From Gammaproteobacteria bacterium (GTDB lineage Bacteria; Pseudomonadota; Gammaproteobacteria; Eutrophobiales; Eutrophobiaceae), in assembly GCA_965238225.1 (NCBI GenBank), contig OZ250183.1:1472001-1536000 (forward strand): DNA of 64,000 bases. Reading direction: 5' to 3'. A program made the position numbers and the translations under genes. The notes below the pieces were generated by a model. It was not told the DNA's origin, made no database searches, and saw nothing but the letters and a program-made list of their open reading frames with translations. Shown here one piece after another: positions 30,837 through 45,404 of this stretch (positions within the stretch are counted from its first letter, which is position 1; each line of letters opens with the position of its first letter).

Positions 30837-31918
30837 GCCGACCTGCAAAGGTTGTCATTAGTCTTTCCGCGCTTCGTCATAATTTCAGTCGTATTCGCAC
30901 GTTAGTCCCCAACTCTAAAATTATGGCCATCGTCAAAGCAGATGCCTACGGACATGGTATAACTCAGATAGCTAAATCACTCGAATATGCTGATGCCTTT
31001 GGTGTTGCTTGCTTAGAGGAGGCAAAAAAAATAAGACAGGTGAATATTAAACAACGCATCAACCTGTTAGAAGGTCCTTATGATGGAGGAGAGTTGAGTG
31101 AAATAAGTAAACTCGGATTGGAGATTGTTGTGCATGATGTATCACAAATTGAAATGCTTGAAAAAACCCAGCTAGAAAAACCGATTGATGTATGGTTGAA
31201 AATAGATACAGGCATGCATCGCTTGGGTTTTTTTCCAGAAGTAGTAAATCAAATAATGATTCGTTTACAACAAACAAACAATGTCAAAGATATTCGTCTT
31301 ATGACGCATCTTGCCAACGCCAATGATCGTGATAGTCCAATGGCCTCTCAGCAAATTCAATGTTTCAAGCAAATTTCTGAACATCAGAATATCGAAAAAA
31401 CTATTGCAAACTCTGCTGGCATTATAGCTTTTCCTGATTCCCATGCAGATTGGGTGCGACCGGGGATTATGCTTTACGGCGTTTCTCCATTCAGTAATAG
31501 CGATGGTCTGCAAGAAGGGTTAAAACCGGTGATGACATTGCGATCAAAATTAATCGCCGTTAAGCAACTCAAATCTGGAGTGCCTGTGGGCTATGGTGCG
31601 ACTTGGCGCTGCCCAGAAAATATGCTTGTCGGCGTGGTCGCAGCAGGTTATGGCGATGGATACCCGCGGTACGCAAAGGGAGACGCCTCGGTACTCGTAA
31701 ATAACAAAAAAGTTGGACTTATTGGTCGTGCATCTATGGATATGTTGACAGTCGATCTGCGTTCTCAACCACAAGCCAAAACAGGTGACCCAGTAGTGCT
31801 TTGGGGGAACGGATTACCTATTGAAGAAATTGCCAACCATGCAAATACAATTCCATACGAAATTTTATGTGCAGTACATAAACGATTACAGTTTAGTTAT
31901 GTCGAAGACCAAGACTAA
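30833..31918 (+). CDS. alr: Alanine racemase
   Basis: AIVKADAYGHG, KIDTGMHRLG, RPGIMLYG and GYGDG motifs. Confidence 0.97.
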   Translation: MSRPAKVVISLSALRHNFSRIRTLVPNSKIMAIVKADAYGHGITQIAKSLEYADAFGVACLEEAKKIRQVNIKQRINLLEGPYDGGELSEISKLGLEIVVHDVSQIEMLEKTQLEKPIDVWLKIDTGMHRLGFFPEVVNQIMIRLQQTNNVKDIRLMTHLANANDRDSPMASQQIQCFKQISEHQNIEKTIANSAGIIAFPDSHADWVRPGIMLYGVSPFSNSDGLQEGLKPVMTLRSKLIAVKQLKSGVPVGYGATWRCPENMLVGVVAAGYGDGYPRYAKGDASVLVNNKKVGLIGRASMDMLTVDLRSQPQAKTGDPVVLWGNGLPIEEIANHANTIPYEILCAVHKRLQFSYVEDQD

Positions 31919-33275
31919 AATTCAATATCAATGTACTGAGTGTGGTGCGACCTTGCCTAAATGGGCAGGTCAGTGTGGCAAATGCCGCGCATGGAATACA
32001 ATGACGGAAACCGTTACTGCAACAATACCAAACGCGAAATCATTCAGGAACAGAGACCATATTTCAATAGCATCAGAAGTCTGTTTTCTTGACACAGTCG
32101 ATGCTGAAATAGCTTCCAGACTAAGTACTGGCATGACTGAGCTTGACCGCGCGGTAGGTGGTGGTTTGGCCGCGGGTTCGGTTACATTAATCGGCGGTGA
32201 TCCTGGTATTGGAAAATCAACATTACTAATCCAGATGCTTTCTGTGTTAAGCAATGAAGATGATGTGAAAACACTTTATGTTTCTGGCGAAGAATCTGCA
32301 CAACAAATTAGCCTTCGTGGCCATCGCCTAGATCTAGCGCTCGATAAAATTAAATTACTGACAGAGAATAATCTAGAAAGAATTTTATCCATTGTCAGTG
32401 CCGAACAACCTGAAGTCATAGTCATAGATTCCATCCAGACAATTTATGCAGAAATATTACAGTCAGCCCCTGGATCAGTGGCTCAGGTCAGAGAGTCTGC
32501 AGCACAGTTAGTACGTTATGCAAAACAAACGAACACAACTGTATTGCTGGCAGGGCATGTGACGAAAGATGGTGCATTAGCAGGTCCCATGGTACTAGAA
32601 CACATGGTCGATACGGTGCTTTATTTTGAAGGGGATACGAGCAGTCGCTACAGGGTGATTCGATCCATTAAAAATCGCTATGGAGCAGTGAATGAAATTG
32701 GCATATTTGCCATGACTGATAAGGGCTTAAAAGAGGTGAGCAATCCTTCTGCTATATTTCTATCCAGACATGAAACGCCAGTATCAGGCAGCGTTATCAT
32801 GGTGACAAAAGAAGGCACAAGGCCATTGCTTGTTGAAGTACAGGCGCTGGTTGATACATCTCCGCTTGGTAATCCAAGACGACTCAGTGTTGGCTTGGAA
32901 CAAAACCGTCTTTCAATGTTACTCGCTGTATTACATCGGCATGTGGGAATCAACACTGCCGATCAAGATATCTTTATTAATGTTGTTGGCGGCATTAAGA
33001 TTACTGAAACAGCTGCCGACCTAGCTATAATATTGGCAACAATATCCAGTTTTAAAAATATCGTTGTACCACAGGATTTAATCGTGTTTGGTGAAGTGGG
33101 TCTTACGGGCGAAATAAGGCCTGTGCAAAATGGCTTAGAGCGATTAAAAGAGGCTGTAAAACATGGATTTAAAAGAGCTATTATCCCCACACCAAATCAA
33201 CCCAAACAGAATATTGAAGGTATGGAAATAATTGCAGTCAGTCGTTTGTCAGATGCTGTCAGTCAATTACGGTAA
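31899..33275 (+). CDS. radA: DNA repair protein RadA/Sms
   Basis: C4 zinc finger, GDPGIGKST and KNRYG; start placed at ATG 31899. Confidence 0.97.
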   Translation: MSKTKTKIQYQCTECGATLPKWAGQCGKCRAWNTMTETVTATIPNAKSFRNRDHISIASEVCFLDTVDAEIASRLSTGMTELDRAVGGGLAAGSVTLIGGDPGIGKSTLLIQMLSVLSNEDDVKTLYVSGEESAQQISLRGHRLDLALDKIKLLTENNLERILSIVSAEQPEVIVIDSIQTIYAEILQSAPGSVAQVRESAAQLVRYAKQTNTTVLLAGHVTKDGALAGPMVLEHMVDTVLYFEGDTSSRYRVIRSIKNRYGAVNEIGIFAMTDKGLKEVSNPSAIFLSRHETPVSGSVIMVTKEGTRPLLVEVQALVDTSPLGNPRRLSVGLEQNRLSMLLAVLHRHVGINTADQDIFINVVGGIKITETAADLAIILATISSFKNIVVPQDLIVFGEVGLTGEIRPVQNGLERLKEAVKHGFKRAIIPTPNQPKQNIEGMEIIAVSRLSDAVSQLR

Positions 33276-33590
33276 TCGCTTACAACTTGATTATTTTAAA
33301 TCGTTCTCTAGATGGCCTGCTTATGATGGTAGATTGCATATGCCAGCCATTCGCTACAAGATTAATCGTGGATAACAAGGCTAACACTGAATCAAAAGCA
33401 AATTATCATCGAAAATAGCCTGCGCTTACGATGGTGAAAAGTGCCTATATCTGGTAGCATCATTCGTGAATTATGGAACGAAATACAAACCTTGTTGAGC
33501 GTGCCGAAAGCTTGCAACCCTATCAGGGAAATCGACAAGATTCTCCAATTTAATGTCACGTTGACCAACTGTAATGATGCTATTAAATAA

Positions 33591-35288
<1,698 letters not shown>

Positions 35289-35299
35289 GAGGGTAGAAA

Positions 35300-36130
35300 A
35301 TGCAGTTATGTGGTTTTGAAGTTGGTAGTGACAAGCCGTTCTTTCTAATAGCGGGTCCTTGTGTTGTAGAAAGTGAGCAGATGGCATTGGATGTGGCGGC
35401 TTATTTACAGGAGTTGACCTCTGAACTAGGTATTTCCTTCATTTATAAATCTTCATATGACAAGGCCAACAGGAGTTCACATGAATCCTATCGTGGACTC
35501 GGTATTGAGAAAGGATTAGAAATACTGAGCAAGGTTAAAGAAACCTTGAATGTGCCCATCTTAACCGACGTACACGATGGCTCACCTTTAGACGAAATTG
35601 CGGGTGTGGTTGATGTTCTGCAAACGCCTGCATTCTTGTGCCGACAGACTGATTTTATTCAAGATGTAGCAAGCTATAAACTGCCGGTAAATATTAAAAA
35701 AGGTCAATTTTTAGCGCCATGGGATATGCAACATGTTGTCAATAAAGCGCGTGCGATAGGCAATGAACAGATTATGGTGTGCGAGCGGGGAACCAGTTTT
35801 GGTTACAATTATCTGGTTTCAGACATGCGATCACTCGTCGTCATGCAAGCAACGGATTGTCCCGTCGTGTTTGATGCCACGCACTCGGTGCAAATACCAG
35901 GAGGACAAGGCGCGAGTTCCGACGGACAACGGGAATTTATTCCAGCATTAGCGCGCGCAGCAACTGCTGTCGGGGTTGCGGGATTATTTATGGAAACGCA
36001 CCCAAATCCAGAAAAAGCTTTGAGTGACGGACCGAACTCATGGCCTTTAGATAAAATGCGGGAATTACTGGAAACATTAAAAAATATTGATGAACAGGTA
36101 AAATCGCCTCCTACCACCAGGCAAAATTAA
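35300..36130 (+). CDS. kdsA: KDO8P synthase
   Basis: [22 protein letters not shown] and FDATHSVQ motifs. Confidence 0.97.
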   Translation: MQLCGFEVGSDKPFFLIAGPCVVESEQMALDVAAYLQELTSELGISFIYKSSYDKANRSSHESYRGLGIEKGLEILSKVKETLNVPILTDVHDGSPLDEIAGVVDVLQTPAFLCRQTDFIQDVASYKLPVNIKKGQFLAPWDMQHVVNKARAIGNEQIMVCERGTSFGYNYLVSDMRSLVVMQATDCPVVFDATHSVQIPGGQGASSDGQREFIPALARAATAVGVAGLFMETHPNPEKALSDGPNSWPLDKMRELLETLKNIDEQVKSPPTTRQN

Positions 36131-36153
36131 ATAAAGAATTGTTCATGAGGTAA

Positions 36154-37440
<1,287 letters not shown>

Positions 37441-37478
37441 ACTCAAATGGTAAATATCCGGGAAATACGTTAATAAAA

Positions 37479-37775
37479 ATGAAATTTGTCACCTTCATAC
37501 TTTTCACAGTGTTGGTGCTGTTGCAGTACAGATTATGGATTGGCAATGGTAGCTTGACAGAGATACGTCATCTAAAACAAGCAAAACAATCAATCCTTGA
37601 GAAGAATGATGTATCGAAAGAACGTAATGATTCATTAGCCGCTGAAGTTTTGGATTTAAAACAAGGCATGGATGCTATTGAAGAACGCGCTAGAAGTGAA
37701 ATGGGTATGATAGGAAAAGATGAAACCTTTTATCAATTGGTCGATATGCAGTATCTTAATAAAAAAAGGGATTAA
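37479..37775 (+). CDS. ftsB: Cell division protein FtsB
   Basis: LQYRLW.G.GS and IEERARSEMGM motifs; lies between eno and ispD. Confidence 0.93.
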   Translation: MKFVTFILFTVLVLLQYRLWIGNGSLTEIRHLKQAKQSILEKNDVSKERNDSLAAEVLDLKQGMDAIEERARSEMGMIGKDETFYQLVDMQYLNKKRD

Positions 37776-37784
37776 CAAGAACAC

Positions 37785-38492
37785 ATGTCAACCCACTTGC
37801 GCTATTGGGCAGTTATTCCTGCTGCAGGAGTCGGAACACGCATGCAAACAGATGTCCCTAAACAATATTTAAGCATTAATCACAAAACAATACTTGAACA
37901 TACCTTAAGTCGTTTCTGCTTGGAACCGGTGATTTCCGGTGTTGTTGTTGTAATTTCAAAAGATGATAATACTTGGGAAAGCTTAAGCATTAGTTCAGAT
38001 TCAAAAATTACTGTTGCTCGAGGTGGTGTTCTGCGGTGTCATTCTGTTTTAAATGGTTTGCACGCCTTGTCTCATCAAGCGAACAAAAATGATTGGGTTT
38101 TGGTGCATGATGCAGCGCGACCTTGTTTGCGAAAGGAAGATATTAACCTATTAATAAACACGATAGGAGAACATGCTGTAGGTGGACTTCTTGGTGTGCC
38201 GGTAAAAGACACAATGAAACAAGCAGATGCTACAGGCACAATACAAAAAACAGTCGGTCGTAAAGGTTTATGGCATGCACTAACGCCGCAAATGTTTCGT
38301 CTCGGCATTCTCATTGATGCAATTGAAAATGCCTTGTCTAAAGATTTGCTTGTTACAGACGAAGCACAGGCAATCGAATTAAACGGTCTTCAGCCAATTC
38401 TGGTAGAGGGTCGCTTGGATAATATAAAAATTACCCGAAATAATGATTTAATAATGGCTAAATTATTTTTAGCTCAAAAGGAGGGCAACTAA
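37785..38492 (+). CDS. ispD: MEP cytidylyltransferase
   Basis: [20 protein letters not shown] and TPQMF motifs. Confidence 0.96.
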   Translation: MSTHLRYWAVIPAAGVGTRMQTDVPKQYLSINHKTILEHTLSRFCLEPVISGVVVVISKDDNTWESLSISSDSKITVARGGVLRCHSVLNGLHALSHQANKNDWVLVHDAARPCLRKEDINLLINTIGEHAVGGLLGVPVKDTMKQADATGTIQKTVGRKGLWHALTPQMFRLGILIDAIENALSKDLLVTDEAQAIELNGLQPILVEGRLDNIKITRNNDLIMAKLFLAQKEGN

Positions 38493-38959
38493 TGCGCATT
38501 GGACATGGTTATGACACCCACGCCTTTGCAGATAACTGCCCGTTAATCCTTGGCGGTGTAACAATCCCCTGTAAAAAAGGACTATTGGCACATTCAGACG
38601 GTGATGCAGTGATTCATGCGCTATGTGATGCCCTGCTCGGTGCTGCTGCTTTAGGCGATATCGGACATTTCTTTCCAGACACTTCAGAAGATTTTAAAAA
38701 TATTGATAGCCGTATACTATTAAAAAAGGTTAAAGCATTGATAGATAAAAAAACCTTAAATCTGGTTAATACAGATATAACCATAATCACACAAATACCA
38801 AAGATGTCACCCTACATCACAGAAATGCGTAAAAATATTTCAGAAGATCTAGATGCGCATATTGATAATATCAATATCAAGGCGAGTACCACGGAGAAAA
38901 TGGGATTCATTGGTCGCGAAGAAGGGCTCACTGTTTATGCTGTTGTTTTATTAGATTAA
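38492..38959 (+). CDS. ispF: MECDP synthase
   Basis: RIGHGYD.H, AHSDGD, GDIG and TTEKMG motifs. Confidence 0.97.
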   Translation: MRIGHGYDTHAFADNCPLILGGVTIPCKKGLLAHSDGDAVIHALCDALLGAAALGDIGHFFPDTSEDFKNIDSRILLKKVKALIDKKTLNLVNTDITIITQIPKMSPYITEMRKNISEDLDAHIDNINIKASTTEKMGFIGREEGLTVYAVVLLD

Positions 38960-39031
38960 TTCATCTTAGGTTCATATAATCAGTACAATTTTTAAAAAAA
39001 TGAGAAAGGAGAGTTGTTTGCGCGATCTATC

Positions 39032-39100
39032 ATGTAACACCGCCTTACTTTCTTACAATCATCTCCCTTGCTATTTCTCCCACTCCTTTTTTTGTTATAG
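39032..39100 (-). other. Degenerate attC-like site downstream of the TIR gene
   Basis: CTATAAC (overlapping the restored stop codon)...GGCGGTGTTACAT over 69 bp; the interior is purine-rich and no longer palindromic. Confidence 0.35.
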
Positions 39101-39752
39101 GTATTTATCGCAAGCGTTCTGCAAGCGTTCCTTGACTTCAGAATCCAAAAGATGACCGTGTGATTCAATTAATGGTGGTAGATATTCCGCCGCACATAAG
39201 TGCGGCACACCATATTTGTCCATTCTCATCAGACAATTTCAATAAAGTCTTAATTTGATCATCATTCAATTTATCTTGGTAGGGCAGGATAAGCTTAAAA
39301 TTATGTTCAGCACCTCGAAACGAACGAGATCCTCCAATAAGCTTGATTATTTCATCTGTTGCTTGTTTAAAGTCATGCTTAACTAATCCAGGCAGTAATG
39401 TTTCGATCAAAATTTGTTCTGGATCTACTTTTGTTGATTGGATATTTGCAAAAAATCCTTGCGGGATTGTCCCATCGATTGACAAAGGAATAATAGTTAA
39501 ATCGTCTCGAAAGGCAGCGATGCCTGATTCTTGCGCACACCACACGGATTTAAAATAATCCTTGCTGAGGATGCAGATAAAAATATTCGCCTTAGCCATT
39601 TCTTTCAATATGCTGGCTTGCCACTCTTTTGAGACTTCGATATCCTCATGTGCGAGGAATGAATCAATTCCGATGGTTTCCAGAATATTCTTTAATTTTC
39701 CGGCAACAAATCTATCAGCTGTTTGATAACTTATAAATGCGTGTGCATTCAT
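39095..39752 (-). CDS. TIR-domain protein with a +1 frameshift near 39200 in its C-terminal tail
   Basis: AFISY, FLAHEDI and SVWCAQE (catalytic Glu); the alternative frame continues LCAAEYLPPLIESHGHLL...DKYL*. Confidence 0.85.
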
Positions 39753-39777
39753 GGGCTGGTACTCTCAATCAACTGCG

Positions 39778-39837
39778 ACTTAACATGCTTGCTGTTTGTC
39801 AATTTTTTTCTCGTTCTTCTGTTCTTTTTTGATAGGG
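39778..39837 (-). other. Degenerate attC-like site upstream of the TIR gene
   Basis: CCCTATC (one change from CCCTAAC)...GTTAAGT (a perfect GTTRRRY) over 60 bp; purine-rich interior. Confidence 0.3.
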
Positions 39838-39884
39838 TTTAACCACGCCAATGCCGGTACGTCCAGCCACTTTATAAAGACACA

Positions 39885-41564
39885 CTACTCGTCAGTCACA
39901 CAACCATCCGCAGCAGATTTTACATTCTTGATGTATTTATAAAGCGTGCCTCTTGATGCCTTGTAAGGGGGCATTGTCCATGCTGATTTTCTTTGTTTTA
40001 GTTCTGCGTCAGATAAATCAACACTGATCGTATTTGTTACACCGTTCACAGTAATGACATCACCTGTTTTGATGAGTGCAATCGGCCCTCCTTCCTGAGC
40101 TTCTGGAACAATATGACCAATAATAAAGCCATGCGAACCTCCAGAAAAACGACCATCGGTAATCATAGCGACATCTGAGCCTAAGCCTGCACCCATGATG
40201 GCGGAAGTCGGTGTGAGCATTTCTGGCATGCCAGGTCCGCCCTTTGGTCCTTCATAACGGATAACAACAACATCGCCTTTTTCGATGTGTTTATCTTCTA
40301 ATGCCTTGAGCATATCTTCTTCAGAATCGTAAACCTTTGCGGGTCCGGTAAAATCCGTACCTTCTTTTCCGGTGATCTTCGCAACGCTGCCTCCTGGCGC
40401 CAAATTACCTTTAAGGATTCTCAGATGACCAGTTTCTTTTATAGGCTTATGCAGTGGATGAATTATCTCTTGTCCTTTGCTTAAACTTGGAACTTCTACA
40501 AGATTTTCTGCAATCGTTTTTCCAGTAACCGTAAGGCAGTCACCATTAATCATGTCGTTTTCTAATAGAAATTTCATAACAGCAGGTATGCCGCCGATAA
40601 GATGTAAATCTTCCATAACATATTGTCCGCTGGGTTTTAAGTCTGCAAGAAATGGTGTGCGGTCGCTGACTGCTTGAAAATCATCTATGCTTAATTCGAC
40701 ATCAACAGAACGTGCCATGGCAATCAAATGCAATACTGCATTTGTAGAGCCGCCAAGCACTGTAATTAAAACTATGGCATTTTCAAATGCTGCACGCGTC
40801 ATGATGTCGCGTGGCTTAATGTCTTTTTCTAATAAATTTTTAACGGCTTCACCAACTCGCAAACATTCATTTAGTTTGCCTGAGTCAATGGCAGGTGTAG
40901 AAGAACTGTAAGGTAATGACATGCCCAATACCTCAATCGCTGATGCCATGGTATTGGCGGTATACATTCCCCCGCAGGCACCTGCGCTTGGGCAAGATTT
41001 TCTGACTATATCCTGACGCGTGTCTTCGTCAATGGTACCAGCAATAAATTCTCCATAACTTTGAAATGCTGAGATAATGTCGAGTTTTTGTTCCTTACGA
41101 TACCCTGGTTTAATTGTGCCGCCATAGACCATTAAAGCAGGACGGTTTAAACGACCCATAGCAATCATACAGCCGGGCATATTTTTATCACAGCCGGGGA
41201 TAGAAACATTGGCATCGTACCATTGAGCAGCCATGACAGTTTCAATAGAATCTGCAATCAAGTCGCGTGATTGCAGTGAATAACTCATGCCATCTGTACC
41301 CATGGAGATGCCATCACTAACGCCAATGGTATTAAATCGCATACCAATTAATCCAGCTTTTACGACACTTTCTTTAATTTTCTCAGCCAAAGATAATAAG
41401 TGCATATTGCAGGTATTGCCCTCGTACCAAATGCTGGATATGCCTACCTGTGGCTTATCCATGTCTTCACGCGTCATACCAGTACCGTAGAGCATGGCTT
41501 GTGAGGCACCCTGTGACTTGGGTTGGGTAATGCGCAAACTGTAACGATTTAAAGGTTTTGTCAT
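39885..41564 (-). CDS. ilvD: Dihydroxy-acid dehydratase
   Basis: [26 protein letters not shown] and TDGRFSG motifs. Confidence 0.97.
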   Translation of the reverse strand: MTKPLNRYSLRITQPKSQGASQAMLYGTGMTREDMDKPQVGISSIWYEGNTCNMHLLSLAEKIKESVVKAGLIGMRFNTIGVSDGISMGTDGMSYSLQSRDLIADSIETVMAAQWYDANVSIPGCDKNMPGCMIAMGRLNRPALMVYGGTIKPGYRKEQKLDIISAFQSYGEFIAGTIDEDTRQDIVRKSCPSAGACGGMYTANTMASAIEVLGMSLPYSSSTPAIDSGKLNECLRVGEAVKNLLEKDIKPRDIMTRAAFENAIVLITVLGGSTNAVLHLIAMARSVDVELSIDDFQAVSDRTPFLADLKPSGQYVMEDLHLIGGIPAVMKFLLENDMINGDCLTVTGKTIAENLVEVPSLSKGQEIIHPLHKPIKETGHLRILKGNLAPGGSVAKITGKEGTDFTGPAKVYDSEEDMLKALEDKHIEKGDVVVIRYEGPKGGPGMPEMLTPTSAIMGAGLGSDVAMITDGRFSGGSHGFIIGHIVPEAQEGGPIALIKTGDVITVNGVTNTISVDLSDAELKQRKSAWTMPPYKASRGTLYKYIKNVKSAADGCVTDE

Positions 41565-41654
41565 GGTATTTCCAGAATAATGCCTGCGGCAAGTTAATTC
41601 TTATAAATTAAATTTAAACTGGTTTATTTCCATTTTTTATCCAATTAACATATT

Positions 41655-42203
41655 TTTTAACATATTTTACTAGCCATATTTTGCATGAGACTGGCCATCC
41701 TTATATATAAGACAAATCCAATAATAAAGAAGATTGTTACTATGCTTACAAAAGATTTTTCAAAAAAAATCATCTATTGATGAACTCCATCGCCAAGCAT
41801 TATGCCTATATGGTATAAGGTCAATTGCACAAGCCAACCACCAGTCTTTCTTATACTTACAGACCTTTGCTTATTTTCTTCAAACTTCCTAAATCCATCT
41901 GCGCTATGCTTATATGTATCTAAGAGTAATGTCTGAGCCAATTTTATTATTAACACAATCCCTATTATATAAAGCATAACCTCCTTTCCGTTCTTCCCAA
42001 TATGCACCCTTCTTAGGTGGTGGAAACTCTGTGTAAAATTTTTTATGTACAAACCCTCTTTCCTCAATATTCCAAACAACTGCTGCAAGAAACCAAACTG
42101 GAATACTGATGAAAACAAACGTCAAACCTACTCGTTTAAGTCGACTATTAGCTTTAATGAGCATACTTTTCATTTTAATCCTCCATAATTTTCTTTTTGA
42201 CAT
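41655..42203 (-). pseudogene. Frameshifted hypothetical membrane protein
   Basis: GGAGG RBS; N-terminal TM ORF 41910..42203, with further fragments and a second TM stretch in other frames. Confidence 0.35.
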
Positions 42204-42317
42204 AATCTATATGTATGTCATTCGCCCGCAGGAATAGGAATTTCATAATAACCAAAGTAACTCAAAGGTGTTGGTTCATGCTTTGATGCAAAGCATGTTG
42301 ATACTAGAGCGTCTTTT

Positions 42318-44582
42318 TCAGGCAGTGTGTACCGTCTCCTTTTCCAGTATTTTTATGGTGAGTTTATCGTCTTTTTCACTGACACGGACATTGCCACCAT
42401 GTTCTAATTTGCCGAAGAGTAATTCCTCGGCTAAGGGTTTTTTTATCTTTTCCTGAATAAGTCTAGCCATGGGTCTTGCGCCCATATTTTTATCGTAACC
42501 ATGCGCCCTTAGCCATTTTCTGGCAGATTCATCAATGTCAATAAGTACCTTTTTGTCATCAAGCTGCACTTCCAGTTCAACAATAAATTTATCCATCACA
42601 TTGGCAATGGTTTTTGCATCCAACGTGTTAAATTGGATGATGGCTCCCATGCGATTCCTAAATTCAGGACTGAAGATTTTTTTAATGGCTTCCATGGCAG
42701 CGCCGCTATGATCTTGGTGTATAAAACCGACTGACGCTCTACTAATACGCTCTGCACCAGCATTGGTTGTCATTACAACAATAACATTGCGAAAATCAAT
42801 TTTACGTCCATTGGCATCTGTTAACGTGCCATAATCCATGATCTGAAGTAATAGATTAAATACATCAGGATGTGCCTTTTCGATTTCATCCAGCAATAAA
42901 ACAGAATGAGGATGTTTGTTTATTTCTTCCGTAAGTAAACCTCCCTGATCAAAGCCAACATAACCTGGAGGTGCGCCGATCAAACGAGAAGCAGTGTGGC
43001 GCTCCATATATTCGGACATATCAAATCGGATAAACTCAATCCCCATAATACCTGCAAGTTGTTTTGCAATTTCAGTTTTGCCTACGCCCGTTGGCCCTGC
43101 AAACAAGAACGCGCCAACGGGCTGTTGCGGGCTTCCTAAGCCTGAACGAGCCATTTTAATTGCGGCACTTAATGTTGAGATAGCTTCGTCTTGACCGAAT
43201 ACAACCATCTTTAGATTTCGTTCAAGATTTTCCATTAGCTCTTTATCCGAAGCATTAACATTTTTAGCAGGGATTCTTGCGATCTTGGCAACAATATTCT
43301 CAATATCCGTGACACCGATAGTTTTTTTTCTGCGAGAAGCAGTTATTAACTGTTGTGATGCGCCTGCTTCATCAATAATATCTATAGCTTTATCAGGGAG
43401 ATGACGATCAGTGATATGACGATCTGCTAATTCTGCCGCCGATCTCAATGATTGGCGCGTATATTTAATTTGATGATGTTCTTCGAATCTTGACTTTAAA
43501 CCTTCAAGAATTTTTATAGTTTCATGGGTTGTCGGTTCTACTACATCAATTTTCTGAAAACGTCTGGCTAATGCGCGATCTTTTTCAAAGACGTTTCGGT
43601 ATTCTTGATAAGTCGTGGAACCAATACACTTAATTTCCCCTGAGGCCAACACGGGTTTAATGATATTTGAGGCGTCCATAGCTCCGCCTGAAGCAGCACC
43701 TGCGCCAATAATATTGTGGATTTCGTCAATAAACAGGATTGCGCCTTCTTTTTCCTTCAGTGCGGAAATTACATCCTTGAGACGTTTTTCAAAATCACCA
43801 CGATATTTTGTCCCAGAGAGCAATGCCCCTAAATCGAGCGAATAAATGACATTATCAGCGAGAACATCAGGTATATCCTTATCGACAATCTTTTTGGCCA
43901 AGCCTTCGGCGATGGCTGTCTTGCCAACGCCTGCTTCACCAACATAAAGTGGATTATTTTTTTTCCGCCGACAAAGAATCTGGATGGTTCGTTCTGTTTC
44001 ATGTTGTCGTCCAATCATCGGATCAATCTTTCCCTGTTCTGCAAGAAGATTCAAGTTTGCCGTATATTTTTCCAACGGGGTAAGTCTAGGTTCATCTCCG
44101 ACAAACTCTTCTTCGACTTGCCCCATTTCATTGTCGTTCTCATCTTCGGAAATCTTCGCAATACCATGCGCGATATAGTTCACAACATCTAGGCGACTGA
44201 TTTCCTGCTGACTTAAGAGATAAGCTGCATGTGACTCTCGTTCTCCAAAAATAGCGACCAGAATGTTGACGCCCTTAACTTCTTTTTTTCCTGATGATTG
44301 CACATGAAAAACGGCTCGTTGCAGTACTCGTTGAAAACCGAGCGTTGGCTGTGTATCGTATTCATTACCTTTCTCTAGAAGAGGTGAGTTTTCTTGGATA
44401 AATCTGCTTAATTCACCATGCAATGCGTTCAGATTAGCACCGCAGGCTTTGAGCACATCTACAGCAGAAGTATTATCCAGCAATGCAAGTAACAAATGTT
44501 CAACAGTGACATATTCATGACGCCTATGACGTGCTTTATTAAAAGCATCATTTAATGTGATTTCAAGATCTTTATCCAACAT
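42318..44582 (-). CDS. clpA: ATP-dependent Clp protease ATPase subunit ClpA
   Basis: PTLGFQRVLQRA; two Walker A motifs (GEAGVGKT, GPTGVGKT). Confidence 0.97.
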   Translation of the reverse strand: MLDKDLEITLNDAFNKARHRRHEYVTVEHLLLALLDNTSAVDVLKACGANLNALHGELSRFIQENSPLLEKGNEYDTQPTLGFQRVLQRAVFHVQSSGKKEVKGVNILVAIFGERESHAAYLLSQQEISRLDVVNYIAHGIAKISEDENDNEMGQVEEEFVGDEPRLTPLEKYTANLNLLAEQGKIDPMIGRQHETERTIQILCRRKKNNPLYVGEAGVGKTAIAEGLAKKIVDKDIPDVLADNVIYSLDLGALLSGTKYRGDFEKRLKDVISALKEKEGAILFIDEIHNIIGAGAASGGAMDASNIIKPVLASGEIKCIGSTTYQEYRNVFEKDRALARRFQKIDVVEPTTHETIKILEGLKSRFEEHHQIKYTRQSLRSAAELADRHITDRHLPDKAIDIIDEAGASQQLITASRRKKTIGVTDIENIVAKIARIPAKNVNASDKELMENLERNLKMVVFGQDEAISTLSAAIKMARSGLGSPQQPVGAFLFAGPTGVGKTEIAKQLAGIMGIEFIRFDMSEYMERHTASRLIGAPPGYVGFDQGGLLTEEINKHPHSVLLLDEIEKAHPDVFNLLLQIMDYGTLTDANGRKIDFRNVIVVMTTNAGAERISRASVGFIHQDHSGAAMEAIKKIFSPEFRNRMGAIIQFNTLDAKTIANVMDKFIVELEVQLDDKKVLIDIDESARKWLRAHGYDKNMGARPMARLIQEKIKKPLAEELLFGKLEHGGNVRVSEKDDKLTIKILEKETVHTA

Positions 44583-44595
44583 GAAGCTTTCTCCT

Positions 44596-44931
44596 TTATT
44601 CTTTTTCCATCGTGCAGAGAAGGGGATGTTGATTTTCTCGTGAGTAATTATTGACCTGAGCTACTTTTGTTTCTGCGATTTCCCGAATGAAAGTACCACA
44701 AATACCTCTGCCGATTTTGTGTACATCCAGCATAATGCGTGTAGCAGTCTCGGTGTTCATGCTGAAGAAATTTTCCAAGATCTCCACGACAAAATCCATG
44801 GGAGTGTAATCATCGTTATTGAGGATGACTTTGTATGGCGAAGGAAGTTCTAGCTTAGGCTTAGCCTTTTTAGGCCTAACTTCCTGCACTGTGAGACCAC
44901 TGTCTTGGTGAGTGCTAATCTCTTCTGTCAT
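44596..44931 (-). CDS. clpS: Clp adaptor ClpS
   Basis: [17 protein letters not shown] and HPLLC motifs. Confidence 0.96.
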   Translation of the reverse strand: MTEEISTHQDSGLTVQEVRPKKAKPKLELPSPYKVILNNDDYTPMDFVVEILENFFSMNTETATRIMLDVHKIGRGICGTFIREIAETKVAQVNNYSRENQHPLLCTMEKE

Positions 44932-45404
44932 AATGTATTTAATGTATTTGTTGCTTTTTCATTACACTAGTCATAATTATACTGCGCAAATACAATGATG
45001 CCATACTGATTCGACCATTTTCGAGGATTATCATATATTATCTTTGGTAAACTCTTAAATAGAAATCAGCCGAGTAAAAATTGACCAAAAAACCTAGGCT
45101 TATATCTAGACCTATATCCTGAACGTCAGTCTATTATACCCTAAGTCAAACCCCTAGATACGGATACCCCAATATAAATATCTCCGTACAGGCCATGCCG
45201 TTACCCTAAAATTTCTTATATAATTAAAATTATTGACACACCAAACACTAATATTAACTTGCTACTGAGATTTTGTTTTAGGAGTATAATCAGGGTTTAA
45301 TGATGAGTCATTAGTTCGGTCTTATTGTTATCAAGCTTTGACATTTCTGATGTTAACTTTAATATCAAACAACGCAATACATATACATAAGGTTTACATT
45401 ATTT

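Noticed and set aside
42277-42297. Hairpin CATGCTTTG-ATG-CAAAGCATG after clpA
   Set aside because: No U-tract on the clpA strand, so it cannot be called an intrinsic terminator; single copy.
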